Below are positions 43,479 through 54,400 of a stretch of DNA of 64,000 nucleotides, piece after piece (within the stretch, counting starts at the first letter, position 1; each line of letters opens with the position of its first letter). This stretch comes from a virus: IMG/VR virus record IMGVR_UViG_3300035524_000014. One strand, 5' to 3'. A program made the translations under genes and the position numbers. Below the pieces are notes generated by a model. It saw nothing but the letters and a program-made list of their open reading frames with translations. It had not been told where the DNA came from and did not search any database.

Positions 43479-43787
43479 TTATTCCTTTTTATCAGATGAG
43501 ACATTAAATTCAGGAGGAACTTCTTTATTAGTAGAGTTAGATTTCGTACTACCATTCTTGCTTTCTGCCCATTTTTGTGCGGCCTTACTACCTAAAGCAC
43601 CTAAAATAAGTAATGCAAAGGATTCGTTAAAATCTTGCCACTCATTTACGAATACATAAACGGTCCAGACTAAAATAGGAACTACTATCGCAAACGCGCT
43701 TAAAATACGCATGCTCGATAGGCGGCCTCCGTTATCTGAAAAGACAGAAAATAAAAAATCTGTAATTTTTTTAATTATTTTTTGCAC
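43479..43787 (-). CDS. Holin candidate (two TM helices, charged C-terminus)
   Basis: ILSAFAIVVPILVWTVYVFV and FALLILGALGSKAA. First gene of the lysis cassette. Confidence 0.6.
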   Translation of the reverse strand: MQKIIKKITDFLFSVFSDNGGRLSSMRILSAFAIVVPILVWTVYVFVNEWQDFNESFALLILGALGSKAAQKWAESKNGSTKSNSTNKEVPPEFNVSSDKKE

Positions 43788-43796
43788 ACTACCTCC

Positions 43797-44162
43797 CTAT
43801 GTAGTAATCCCGGCCAGTTCGTCCCGCAGGGCCATCTTCTTTGCCCAGCGATCCTGGTTTTCCTGGGACAGGTCAGCAAGCTTGACAACACCCGCGTCCA
43901 ACAGGTCTTCCACGCTACGCGGCAGAAAGCGGTCCAGCGATTCCAACTCGGCCAGAATTGCTTTCCGCCGGGCCAAGGCTGCTTCAGCGGGAGTCGGCTC
44001 CTGGTACTGCCCTTGCGGTTCGTTGACCCACTCCGCACCAGTCCAGAACCATGCGCCGCTCTGCTCCGGCGGTGTGGTTGTTGTGGCATTGGATGGGCAG
44101 CGTTCGCCTTTGAATGTGCCTAGATATTGGCCAGTTGTTCTATCAAAATAATGGTAGTGCAT
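43797..44162 (-). CDS. Tail fibre assembly chaperone (Tfa-like), GC-rich
   Basis: ATG 44162 overlaps the fibre stop (TAATG). MHYHYFDRTTGQYLG...WFWTGAEWV...AEAALARRKAILAELE.. resembles the Tfa pattern. Position immediately after the fibre gene. Confidence 0.6.
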   Translation of the reverse strand: MHYHYFDRTTGQYLGTFKGERCPSNATTTTPPEQSGAWFWTGAEWVNEPQGQYQEPTPAEAALARRKAILAELESLDRFLPRSVEDLLDAGVVKLADLSQENQDRWAKKMALRDELAGITT

Positions 44163-45475
44163 TATATCTTCCTCACCCACACGGGGGTACGAATTAATTC
44201 AATTTCTGACACGCACACGTAGGTTGAATTATTACTGTCATCGACATAAAACCGAATCTTTGCTGTGTGTACTGTCTGCGGCATGCTGAAGTGACGCGTT
44301 TCGGATGCGGTCCAGCCAGTTTCCTCAGTCACTGTGTGCGCTGTTTGCCAACTTTCACCGTCCCAATATTGCATGCGCCAGCTTTTTGCGGTGCGCTCCG
44401 CGTAGTTAATAGGTGATGTCACTGTATAACTATTAAATGTAAAAGGATATGCGCATTCTAGAACACCGTAAATGCCCGATGTTTGATTGTAAGACCATTC
44501 GTTATAGCTCCCGAGTATACCATCAAACACCCTCCAAAAAGCGCCATAGAACGGTGACGAGCTCTCCGTTGTCGTCCAGTCGCCGGTTGTTGGGCCCGTC
44601 ATGGTCGGGGAGACCACTTCACTAGATAATTCCACATCGAGCGGACTGTCCACCTGCTCCCATCCGGGGGGCACGCTCCCATCGGAGCTAAGCATAATCA
44701 GTCCGGACGGTACTCCGCTTGTCGGCAGAACGCCCGCGACCAGCTTGCCCTCCGCATCCAGCACAGGCACGTTTCCCGGATCCGTCCCCACGTCCCGCAG
44801 AGCAGCAGTGCCAAAACCAGATAACCCAGATCCGTCTCCATCAGGCGCTAAAATTTTTACACCAATATCAGATTCTTTCAAACTAGCAGGGGCATTTAAG
44901 GGAGGTTGCCCATACTCCACACCAATAAGCCCACTATCTATTACTGGTTGCGTTAACGTTACAGTAGTAACATCACTGCCACCATCATATGTGGAGGATG
45001 CGATGTACCCAAAAGCATCACTTGTTTGATACAAGTGAACGGCTCTGTCTGGAACATACAATGTAGTTTTATTTCCACTAACTGTAAAAGTAGAAGAATC
45101 GGAATAGGATACCGCATCCGGCTCAGTCATCCACCACGTCCCAGCAGGAGCATCCCCCTTTAATGTGCCATCATCATTTATAGACACGCTGAGCCTATCA
45201 TTTAATGAATCAGTTACTCCACGAGCGGTAACTATTTCGTTCATAAGAGTAAGAACGGTAATAGATGCCTCTGCCAGATCCTGCCAAGTAGAACCGTTCC
45301 AAATTGTTATTGTATTATTTGTTATATTATAAAAAGGCTGACCTATAGCAGGACTTCCGGGGGCAGACGTACCACTCCATTGTGAACGAATTGCATCAAT
45401 ATTATTATTGATTATTCCATATAAATCACCGAATACAGTAACCCCTGATTGTAATGGTGAAAAGTTTTGTGACAT
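44162..45475 (-). CDS. Tail fibre / receptor-binding protein with a compositionally mosaic C-terminus
   Basis: A 437-aa ORF directly downstream of the J-like gene. The N-terminus is AT-rich like the backbone; from about 45050 leftwards it is GC-rich. Confidence 0.7.
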   Translation of the reverse strand: MSQNFSPLQSGVTVFGDLYGIINNNIDAIRSQWSGTSAPGSPAIGQPFYNITNNTITIWNGSTWQDLAEASITVLTLMNEIVTARGVTDSLNDRLSVSINDDGTLKGDAPAGTWWMTEPDAVSYSDSSTFTVSGNKTTLYVPDRAVHLYQTSDAFGYIASSTYDGGSDVTTVTLTQPVIDSGLIGVEYGQPPLNAPASLKESDIGVKILAPDGDGSGLSGFGTAALRDVGTDPGNVPVLDAEGKLVAGVLPTSGVPSGLIMLSSDGSVPPGWEQVDSPLDVELSSEVVSPTMTGPTTGDWTTTESSSPFYGAFWRVFDGILGSYNEWSYNQTSGIYGVLECAYPFTFNSYTVTSPINYAERTAKSWRMQYWDGESWQTAHTVTEETGWTASETRHFSMPQTVHTAKIRFYVDDSNNSTYVCVSEIELIRTPVWVRKI

Positions 45476-45488
45476 TTATATCTCCTAT

Positions 45489-48400
45489 TTAATACCCAGA
45501 TATTTCCAAGTTAACGTCTCTAGAAATTCCATTTCCATTAGCATCATATACATACACCGTAAATCTATCGCTTTGAATATCTACACTATACGTGGCAAAC
45601 CCTGCTCCTAATACTGTTACACCTACATTATAAGTTACATATATTGTAATCGGAACACTGCTAAGTAGGAACTCTGTTCCTGTATCAGCAATTGTTTGAT
45701 TATACAATTTTTTTACCTTATCGTCAACATCCAGTGCGGTGTAAATAGAAGTAAAATTATAATTAGTGGTAGAAACTCGGATATCTGTTTCTGCCCTAAC
45801 TTGCAGATATCTACTACTGACCGCTGATATATTCGTATAGTCCCCCCAGTCGGAGTATGAAACCCCATCGTCCGAATATCTATATTTTAATTTATATTTA
45901 GCAAGAGATGTTATATTTGTATCTGTGTCTAATGGGAATGTTATGTCTGTTCTACCGTATATAAAAGAAGTATCTGTGGGGTTTGTCAATATTGCATCTT
46001 TTTCCGCGTACTGTCTTAATGTATATGTGGTTTTTGTTCCTAAATCAATAATATCAGAAGTGTATACTCCGTTATCAAAATTTCCATTATATGTAGTGAG
46101 TGTGGGAGTTACATCAGTTTCTGTACTAACATCCGTATCCACCATTCCAGGAATCCATGACACAACATTATTTAAACTGTCATTATACAAGTTATATAAA
46201 GTCGCATCTGGTACATAAACAGGAATCTCTTCTCTATCCACCACAATATTAAGTACATCTGATATATCTATGGACGCTTGAGCAGATGCGGCGTTTACAC
46301 TTTCATTAAAAGTCCTATCTACTGCCTTTATCCAAAAAGTATATGTACCCGATACAGCTGGTTCCCAAGAAAACTCATTTTCAGTAATCCCCGTTGCAAT
46401 ACGTCTACCTCTATTATAATCAACTCCCTCTACAATATTATAACCAAGCCGGTCCACATCAGGAATGTGGTCCCATGTAAGAGTTACGTTTCTCTTAGTG
46501 CCAGTGGCTGAGAAACCAAGAACGTCAGAGGGAGGCGCTTGTTTACCTTTTATATATATGGTTTCAACAAAACGTAAATCGGGAGTATTATAAGGAGACA
46601 CAGATACTTGATATGTTTTACCGACTGTGAATGATTTCTCTATTCTAAATGAATTCTTATTGGCCTGTCCTACCACCTCCCACGGCTTACCTTCTGACTT
46701 CAAGAATACATTCCAAGATAATGCCTTTCCGTTCCATTCCACACTAATTACGGATTTTCCAGTACCATCATTAGCAAATACCCACACTTCTTTGGCAGAC
46801 AGATCAGAAACAAACTTGGATTCCCCGACTTCTACTTCAGGTAATTGTCCAGATAAATCTCCATATATTTCAGGTACATATTCAATCGCAGATATCCTTC
46901 TGGTCATTTCATCACCAGAACGAGTAATAGAAGTCACCCTAAATTTTTTTGTTACATTATTAACTTTACCAAAAGCATATAAATCATTCTTTTCAGGAGT
47001 GGTTTCCCATGTTCCATTTAATGTTAGTTCATCTGTAGTCGTATCTACCGTAGGAGTAACTATATTAACTGTCTCAATAGAATCGTCTATTGATTTTCTT
47101 ACCTGAATTGCATACTGTTCCCCACCCAGCAACTCAACTTTCTCCGGTAATTTAACCCCGTTTGAGGTGGCCGATAATATCCTACCAGAAGAAAGTCCCC
47201 ACTGAGGAACATCATGAGAAACGTCGATAACTTGACCGGGGAAGCACGTGATAGAATCTATTCCCGCCTCAAAAGAAATAGTCTGTGTTAAGTATCTATT
47301 TTGAAGCAGTAATCTTTTACCGTATTTAATAGCCTGTTCTCTATCTACACACCCAACAAGAGTAACACTATTCTTATTAATTACTGTCTGCTCTCTATCA
47401 TAACCACTCTGGTATACTTCAATAATTTGTCTGGAATAATCAAGGGTTTGGTCAAAATACGTAACTTCAACTGCATTAGCTCTATCGGTGGTATCAAGAA
47501 GGGCATTAGAATAAGTACCCTCAATCATATTCCCTTTAGTGTACATGAAATGCTGAACACCTATCTCTTCTTTTTTATCTATAACCACCCCATATTGAGA
47601 GCCTTTATGCACAATAGAACCATGCCCAATAACAGATATAGCATCTAAAATACTACGTAGATCAGAAGAAGCGGATATATAGATATTTACAAATAGTTTA
47701 TTCTCTTCACAATAATCTGCCCATTCTTCAAAATCTTCAAGAAGGAATCTATTTACAGGCTGACTCCCTCCGTAAATGTCGTTGTGAAGAATATCATAAC
47801 ACGCCCACGCCGGATTGTTAGCAGGTTTATCTTCGTATTGCTCTCCCGTCCAAACACGAACATTTTCACGTTCCACCTCCACAGAAACCGTAGGAGCAGA
47901 GCCGCTTAATTGATCAGTAGCGAGTGCTTCCAATCCTAGAAGAGCTGTTCCAGGATAAGTGAAATCATCATAAATAATTTCCTGGAGTGCAGAGAAATAG
48001 GTATCATTGCCGTATCTAGTTCCTGTTGGAGGAGCATTTTTTAACCTAGCACGAACTTCATATTTTCCAGGTTCAACGTCATACACATAATAATCCCTAC
48101 GAATTGGGTCTTGCGTAGCCTCACGTATAATAATATCAGGGTATGCTATCTCAACCTCTTTATAAATAATAGGATCAATTTTATACTGAACAATTTTTTT
48201 TATGTTATGACCCATTGACGTAGGAACATAAGTCCATTTTCTAGTATATCCATAATCTATCCACTTCCAATAGCACTTTTCTTGATCAGAAGCATACCGC
48301 TCCCCCTCCGTGTGTTCATCTCTTACACTTGATCCAGCTTCTACCTCTACCCAACCACCATTACCTGGGTACCCGGCAGACCAATATGGTTCTCCCAAAA

Positions 48401-49502
48401 ATGAAATTTGTTCTAATTCTACCTTATTTTCAACAAAATCATTCCAATCTTCAGTTCCCTTTTTTCTATACTGTATGTTTAATGTGATAGTTTGCTTTGA
48501 TAAACCACCCATATCATTCGCGTAATATAATGCTGGAATAAATATATTAACGCCAATGCCATTTACTGCATTTCCATCTGTTTCTGTTTGCGACCAATCA
48601 GTAGATAACTTAACATCAACCGACTTATTATAAATAACATCTGAAAAAGCCGGAATAATACCTTGATTTATTTCTCCGTATCGTTCACTAAGCGTAATCT
48701 CTTTATAATTAGAAGCCGGGTTATCATTAATATACACATTTTCAATAGCATCAATTTTGTGATCTGCTATACAATATAGAGCATTATAAATCTGATTATC
48801 ATCTTTAGTGGTGATAAAGGAATTGATAATAGGTGGGGTTACTCGATGTCTACCATATAAAACAGGAACAACCACTCCTTGTTCTTGCTGGTTTGGATCA
48901 CGTTCCCACCCGTAAGTAGGGGTAGATGTTACATTCTCTATATTAGGTGCGCCTACATCTGGCATAGAACTACCAAATACAGAAGAGACTAACATCCCCC
49001 CCGCTACTGTTAGTGCCGCCTGAGTTAAAGACACTGCTGTAGCCGCAATACTAGAAGCCACAAGTGATCCTGCTCCGCCCCAAATACCATAACCAACTCC
49101 TGCAACTAATGCAGGAGCCGCCCAAGCCGCAACCACCGTTACCGCCAACATTGCGACCATGGATAAGGGGTTCTTCCCGCCGCCTCCCCCGCCTTGCGGA
49201 ACCGTAGCATATACAACATTACTACCTTTGGCAGGAATAATATTCTTAAATTCAGACGAATCTTCCTCTACAACCATGCCATCGATGGAAACAACGACTT
49301 CCATATTATTAGCCATGATTGGATTAAACTTACTAATTAACTGGGCAAGGGTTTCCCCGTGCTCATATAGCTCCACTTTCTGGCTGTTATGAGGATCGAA
49401 AATATTTTCAATGCATATTACGCTTACGAAATTTCCTCTACCTTCTTTAGAAGTCTTATGTGTGCTGCTATTATATATATCTAGAGACTTATTAGTCATC
49501 AC
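45489..49502 (-). CDS. Tail tip / host specificity protein: lambda gpI-like N-terminus fused to a gpJ-like central fibre with FN3-like repeats
   Basis: N-terminal roughly 230 aa contain GGGGGGKNPLSMVAMLAVTVVAAWAAPAL (gpI-like). Then PVLYGRHRVTPPIINSF...YCIADHKIDAIENVYIND (gpJ-like). Confidence 0.85.
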   Translation of the reverse strand: MMTNKSLDIYNSSTHKTSKEGRGNFVSVICIENIFDPHNSQKVELYEHGETLAQLISKFNPIMANNMEVVVSIDGMVVEEDSSEFKNIIPAKGSNVVYATVPQGGGGGGKNPLSMVAMLAVTVVAAWAAPALVAGVGYGIWGGAGSLVASSIAATAVSLTQAALTVAGGMLVSSVFGSSMPDVGAPNIENVTSTPTYGWERDPNQQEQGVVVPVLYGRHRVTPPIINSFITTKDDNQIYNALYCIADHKIDAIENVYINDNPASNYKEITLSERYGEINQGIIPAFSDVIYNKSVDVKLSTDWSQTETDGNAVNGIGVNIFIPALYYANDMGGLSKQTITLNIQYRKKGTEDWNDFVENKVELEQISFLGEPYWSAGYPGNGGWVEVEAGSSVRDEHTEGERYASDQEKCYWKWIDYGYTRKWTYVPTSMGHNIKKIVQYKIDPIIYKEVEIAYPDIIIREATQDPIRRDYYVYDVEPGKYEVRARLKNAPPTGTRYGNDTYFSALQEIIYDDFTYPGTALLGLEALATDQLSGSAPTVSVEVERENVRVWTGEQYEDKPANNPAWACYDILHNDIYGGSQPVNRFLLEDFEEWADYCEENKLFVNIYISASSDLRSILDAISVIGHGSIVHKGSQYGVVIDKKEEIGVQHFMYTKGNMIEGTYSNALLDTTDRANAVEVTYFDQTLDYSRQIIEVYQSGYDREQTVINKNSVTLVGCVDREQAIKYGKRLLLQNRYLTQTISFEAGIDSITCFPGQVIDVSHDVPQWGLSSGRILSATSNGVKLPEKVELLGGEQYAIQVRKSIDDSIETVNIVTPTVDTTTDELTLNGTWETTPEKNDLYAFGKVNNVTKKFRVTSITRSGDEMTRRISAIEYVPEIYGDLSGQLPEVEVGESKFVSDLSAKEVWVFANDGTGKSVISVEWNGKALSWNVFLKSEGKPWEVVGQANKNSFRIEKSFTVGKTYQVSVSPYNTPDLRFVETIYIKGKQAPPSDVLGFSATGTKRNVTLTWDHIPDVDRLGYNIVEGVDYNRGRRIATGITENEFSWEPAVSGTYTFWIKAVDRTFNESVNAASAQASIDISDVLNIVVDREEIPVYVPDATLYNLYNDSLNNVVSWIPGMVDTDVSTETDVTPTLTTYNGNFDNGVYTSDIIDLGTKTTYTLRQYAEKDAILTNPTDTSFIYGRTDITFPLDTDTNITSLAKYKLKYRYSDDGVSYSDWGDYTNISAVSSRYLQVRAETDIRVSTTNYNFTSIYTALDVDDKVKKLYNQTIADTGTEFLLSSVPITIYVTYNVGVTVLGAGFATYSVDIQSDRFTVYVYDANGNGISRDVNLEISGY

Positions 49503-49971
49503 TATTCTTTCCTTTCCATCTATAAAATCCGCGTATTCTGTTTTTATACCTAATATCAGTAAGTTTGGTTAAGTGTGGACCAGATTTCTGTAAGGTATGT
49601 ACAAATTTTTTATCGTCTATCATTATACCGAAATGTTGCACTAAATCCGGTTGAGATATTACCATATTAAGAGCAACCACGTCTCCCGGCTGTACATCTT
49701 TTCTATCTACTTCGTAATATTCTTCTTCTATCGCCTGTAGAAACTGAAAAAATATTTTATTCTTATCAAGTGCATCTACCCTAAAATCCGGGACATCCAT
49801 ACCAAAAGATTCTTTAGATATGTGATGTACAAGCCCCCAACAATCCAACCCCTTCCCAATTTCCCTGCCCAAACTAACGAAAGGGGTTCTCATTGCTTCA
49901 TTTACAACTTTTGCAATAGATTTTTTAGACAAGGGAAAGTCCTCCTCTACCAACACCGGGGAACCCGCCAT
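49492..49971 (-). CDS. Tail assembly protein K-like, NlpC/P60 peptidase domain
   Basis: GLDCWGLVHHI (Cys nucleophile), HFGIMID and VHT (His residues). Position between the L-like and I/J-like genes. Confidence 0.7.
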   Translation of the reverse strand: MAGSPVLVEEDFPLSKKSIAKVVNEAMRTPFVSLGREIGKGLDCWGLVHHISKESFGMDVPDFRVDALDKNKIFFQFLQAIEEEYYEVDRKDVQPGDVVALNMVISQPDLVQHFGIMIDDKKFVHTLQKSGPHLTKLTDIRYKNRIRGFYRWKGKNSDD

Positions 49972-50560
49972 AACGAATAGAATTATTAAGTTCCCGGCAT
50001 CTAGTTAAGGATTTATTACATGATGTTTCTATTCCTGTATAGCCACAACGCTCCCCTTTGAATTTGAATCGGCAACTATTTTTCAGTATTCTGTTCAAAG
50101 GGAACCTACGTCTATATGGATTTGGCGCACCTAGCGTAAACGTAACATATTCAGAATCCGAAACTGGATGGATAAGAATAAACTCGTGGTATGCTACATA
50201 GTCAGGACTATCTAAGGTCGCCGTTGATACTACATATATTCCTACCGTAATATCTGCTGGACCATTTTCCTTTACATATTTATCATACTCTTGAATATAT
50301 CCTTCGATAATTCTATCCACATTGGGCACGCGTAGTTCAACTCTAGGAATTTCCCCTTCTGTCTGTTCAGATATTTCTTCTAATATAAAAGCAAAGGCAA
50401 CCCACTCATGTCCTCTCCAATTAATATTTTCTGTGTTGGAGACGATACGAATAGGCTCTGTCACTTCAGGAATAATTATTTCTAAACACACTAAAAATGC
50501 CTCATCCGAACCGAGAGCATTCTTTTGTGCAATAACTTCAGACGATAAAATAGTTGCCAT
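49925..50560 (-). CDS. Minor tail protein L-like
   Basis: C-terminal Cys cluster CRFKFKGERCGYTG..SCNKSLTRC...RYGGFPGV, typical of gpL. Confidence 0.8.
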   Translation of the reverse strand: MATILSSEVIAQKNALGSDEAFLVCLEIIIPEVTEPIRIVSNTENINWRGHEWVAFAFILEEISEQTEGEIPRVELRVPNVDRIIEGYIQEYDKYVKENGPADITVGIYVVSTATLDSPDYVAYHEFILIHPVSDSEYVTFTLGAPNPYRRRFPLNRILKNSCRFKFKGERCGYTGIETSCNKSLTRCRELNNSIRYGGFPGVGRGGLSLV

Positions 50561-50562
50561 TA

Positions 50563-50898
50563 TTAAGACTCTTCTATCTGTAAGGTTAATGAACAGTTTG
50601 TAGGAGACATGATATCAGCAGTAAACTCATCCTTAGAGAATCTTGCCTCATATCGGGTGCCTGTTACGGGGTGTGTCCAATAAAACAATGCCCCCTGATT
50701 TGCATAAAAGAAATCTCTCAGAATATATACCTCAGGAACGCTTAATACCTCATAACTCAAGTCCCATTTTCCACGTCCTCTGGTATGTGCCGTGCGAGAC
50801 TGCACACTACCATCCTCAAACGGGGTTCTGTGTTGTTTCTTATTAAACGATTCTGTTATAGAAACAGGCTTAGGGATATTTGTTGGAAAAGTATTCAT
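50563..50898 (-). CDS. Minor tail protein M-like
   Basis: It is 111 aa and sits directly upstream of the L-like gene. Size and order match lambda M. Confidence 0.55.
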   Translation of the reverse strand: MNTFPTNIPKPVSITESFNKKQHRTPFEDGSVQSRTAHTRGRGKWDLSYEVLSVPEVYILRDFFYANQGALFYWTHPVTGTRYEARFSKDEFTADIMSPTNCSLTLQIEES

Positions 50899-50913
50899 AT
50901 CTATTTTTATCCT

Positions 50914-51465
50914 CTATTGAAATCCGTTCATATACATAATACCTAAATTATGGTTTTCCCACGGAGAAGCATATACCGGGAGGGAATACATATATAATGA
51001 TTGTGCGACCTCTGCATCCCCTGTTAATACTAAATTTAAACCGCTCCGTATTCTAACTTTAGGAAAAACAAACTGAAGTTGTTTTTGTCTATCTACATAA
51101 TTATAATTTATTTCAACCCTGAAATCAACATCTGTAACTTTATTTAATGCAATACTTGTATCTGATACAGACGGCATAATGCTTGACAGTAGAAGTAAAA
51201 CATCCCTACTTAACTCAACTGTATTCATTTCCATTGTACAGGAAGCTCTGTCCGATACCATATCTTCCATTAAGTTATTACTATCAACCGCCATTCTTTC
51301 ATTATAAGTGGTCGTATATACAATATTGGTGGACTCGCTGTATGCAAAGTAATTGTCCTGTGTTAGTACAGGTGACATGTCGTTAATATATGTAGCACTG
51401 TCAGCAATTAATACTTCTGCTGGACCCAATGTTATGTTTGTTGCGTCTTTAAGTCTATATGACAT
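50914..51465 (-). CDS. Hypothetical tail protein
   Basis: A 183-aa ORF between the tape measure and M-like genes. Confidence 0.5.
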   Translation of the reverse strand: MSYRLKDATNITLGPAEVLIADSATYINDMSPVLTQDNYFAYSESTNIVYTTTYNERMAVDSNNLMEDMVSDRASCTMEMNTVELSRDVLLLLSSIMPSVSDTSIALNKVTDVDFRVEINYNYVDRQKQLQFVFPKVRIRSGLNLVLTGDAEVAQSLYMYSLPVYASPWENHNLGIMYMNGFQ

Positions 51466-51477
51466 ATATGTTCCTTT

Positions 51478-54400
51478 TTATCTAACGGTAGCAATTTTCT
51501 TTCTGAGTCCGCTTCTATTTCTATCAATGCCATCAAGAACAATACGAATTACCTCCTCGCCCATATTTATTTGGGTGGTGGCTCTTGCTGAACCAATTGG
51601 GTTTCCTGTCTTATTCTCAATAATAACATTGGTTTGCTTAGGCTCCCTATCCTGTGCAGCCTGTTCACGAGTTTTCACTTCTTCACCTCTTTCAAGAATA
51701 GCTGGAACCTCTCCACCATTATGAAACTTAGGGGCGTTTATAAAAGAAGAGGGATCTATCTGCTTTTTAATAGAAGACGCTTTACCGGCCATGCCCCCAC
51801 TGTGGTTCATTCCCATAGCCTTTGTGAAGAACGAGCCGACAGTACCAAGGAATCCTCCAGAATTGCCCATAGCTTTCATTCCAGACATAACCGCGTTCAT
51901 AATTTGTTGCTTAATAATCATCTTAGTTAAATCTCTAAGAATGGAATACGCCATATCACTAAAAGCATCGGCGGCAGACTTAGTACCTTCTACAAAATCA
52001 AGAAAAGCATCTGCCGAAGAATCAGCGAACTCATCCACAGCGTCCACCATCCAATCCCTAACCTTGGAAAAAGAACTTTCCGTGGAACTTTCTAACTTCC
52101 GCATCGCACTTTCCCACGCATCCGCAAAATTTTCAGGATTACGCATCCTCTCCTTAAAAATATCGTTCTCTAAATTAAGAATTTGTATATTATACTCAGA
52201 TTCTTTTTTTTCTCGTTCTGCTAAATACTTTTCCACGACCGCATTCTCAGCATCCCCCCGTGCTTGAGCAGTTTCTTCCGCTAATTGAATAATTTGATCA
52301 TAATACTCTACGTATATTAAATATTCTTTATCTAAATATTGACGCTTAGAACGAAGTATATTTAATTCAGTTGCCTCCCCTCGCCGCATAAGATGCTCTT
52401 TTTCAGATTCTATTTTTTCTACTTGGGAGAGTTGTGCCTTTAATGTTGCACCGTACGCGGCGGCGATCCTTTGAAAAGATTTTTCTGCCGACCGTCTCTG
52501 ATCCTCGTATATACTTTCCCAAAAAGAATCTAACTCCTCTTTTGTTTTAGCAAGAGCCGCCCTATCCATCTCAGTAGGTCCGCCCCCCATACTAGCAATA
52601 GTTTCACGAGCGGATTCCGCAGACACTATGGCCTGCTTGGCGGCGTCAAAAAACTTTTCCAATTGGGTAATATTTCCTTTTTTCCACAAAGAATCAAATG
52701 CGGACTGCCACGCCTCCCCTAACTGACTTAGCGTAGTTTCCCACGGAGTTAACACCTCCCGATCAACATCCTCAGAAAACTTAGAGAGGCGACGATCTAC
52801 CACGCCCTCCCCCGCACGTGCAATTTCAGAAATAAAAATATCTTTCTGTAACAATAAATCTTTTAATCTTTTTTCTACAACAGGAACACGCTCTTCTAGC
52901 AATTCTAACTCATGTTGCATATACCCCAAAAGCCGGGGATTTTGTTCATGTTGAACGCTATATTTTAAACTTTTTATATCCGAAACTAATCCCGACAATT
53001 CTTCCCTAGTTTTTATAATATCTTCTCTATTTTGAGATAACCCCTCTACAAAAGTGCGAGTTGCTTTAACTTCTGACTCATTTTTTAGTTGAATTAACCT
53101 AGGAATCAATTCCGATAAATTATTTCCATACTTTTCTACAACGTCGGCGGCATCCTCAAACGAATCACTCAAATTCTCATTCAAATGCTGAATCTCTTTT
53201 TGAGCCTCCCACGTATCTACTCCCTCCTGCTGTAGATTTTTATACGCCTTAATATACTTTTCTAATCCAACTGCTAAGTTACGAAGTTCCTCCCCATTCT
53301 CCGCTATAGCCTGTGTTTGAGTTTCAACATTCCCCTTAGCAATATCTATCCAATCAACTAACTTAATTATAGACCTAATAAACGTTTGAACTTTTTTTAC
53401 AGCGTCAGATAATACGTCAATCGTACCACGAATAACTGCTGTTAATCCCAAATCGCCCAACGCAACACCAACGTTCTTAATTCTGTCCCAAAGGTTTTTT
53501 AAACTTACACCTAACCCTTCCTGCTGTTTAAGTTGCATCCTAAAAGCTGCACCAACATTATTAATATTCTCAAGCATTTGTTCATACTGTCCAGAAGTAA
53601 ACGTACGCACAAATACGTTCGCTGCTTGCTGTCCACGTAACCCGAATAGTTTATATGCTTTCCCGGCATCTGCTAAACCCGTCTTCTGATCTACAATAAT
53701 TTTGGATAAATTCTGCATCGCTTTCTGGAAACCTACAATCCTAGGGTTCACATCGTCCGCAGTTAATCCGATGTATGCTAATTCGGTTCGCATCTTATTG
53801 GAAGGTGCAATCATTCTAGAAAGCACATTACGCATAGATGTGCCAACTGTACTAAAACGCATACCGTTATTGGCAAGCAACCCAGCCGCCGCAGCGGCCT
53901 CATCTAGAGCAACCCCCGCTTGACTGGCAGACGCACCTACATAGTTGAAAATAGTACGCATACCCTGAATAGTTAACTTAGAACGGTTAACTGCGGATGC
54001 AAAAATATCTGCCACTCTAGCGGATTCGGACGTATCTAACTGAAAAGCACGAATAGCAGAGGTAAATAAATCAGCAGTTAATGCAAAATCTGTAAGAGTA
54101 CCTGTGGCAACAGAAGCAACCGCATCAATCGTCTCAAGAGTTTCAGTTGCTGTAAAACCCGCCTGACCAAGATATACCATTGCAGCAGCCACTTCGTTAG
54201 CAGAAAACTTGGTCATGTTAGATACCTCAACCATTTTTCTGCCAAAAGCATCAACTTCTTGATTAGACGCCTGAGTGATTGCCTGGAGATTTTTTAGAGA
54301 TTGGTCAAATTCAACAATAGAATTAAATGCACCAACAATTCCACCAGTGATTCCCGCAAAAACACCTCCCGCAACAGAAAACCTAGCAATAGTAGAAAAA

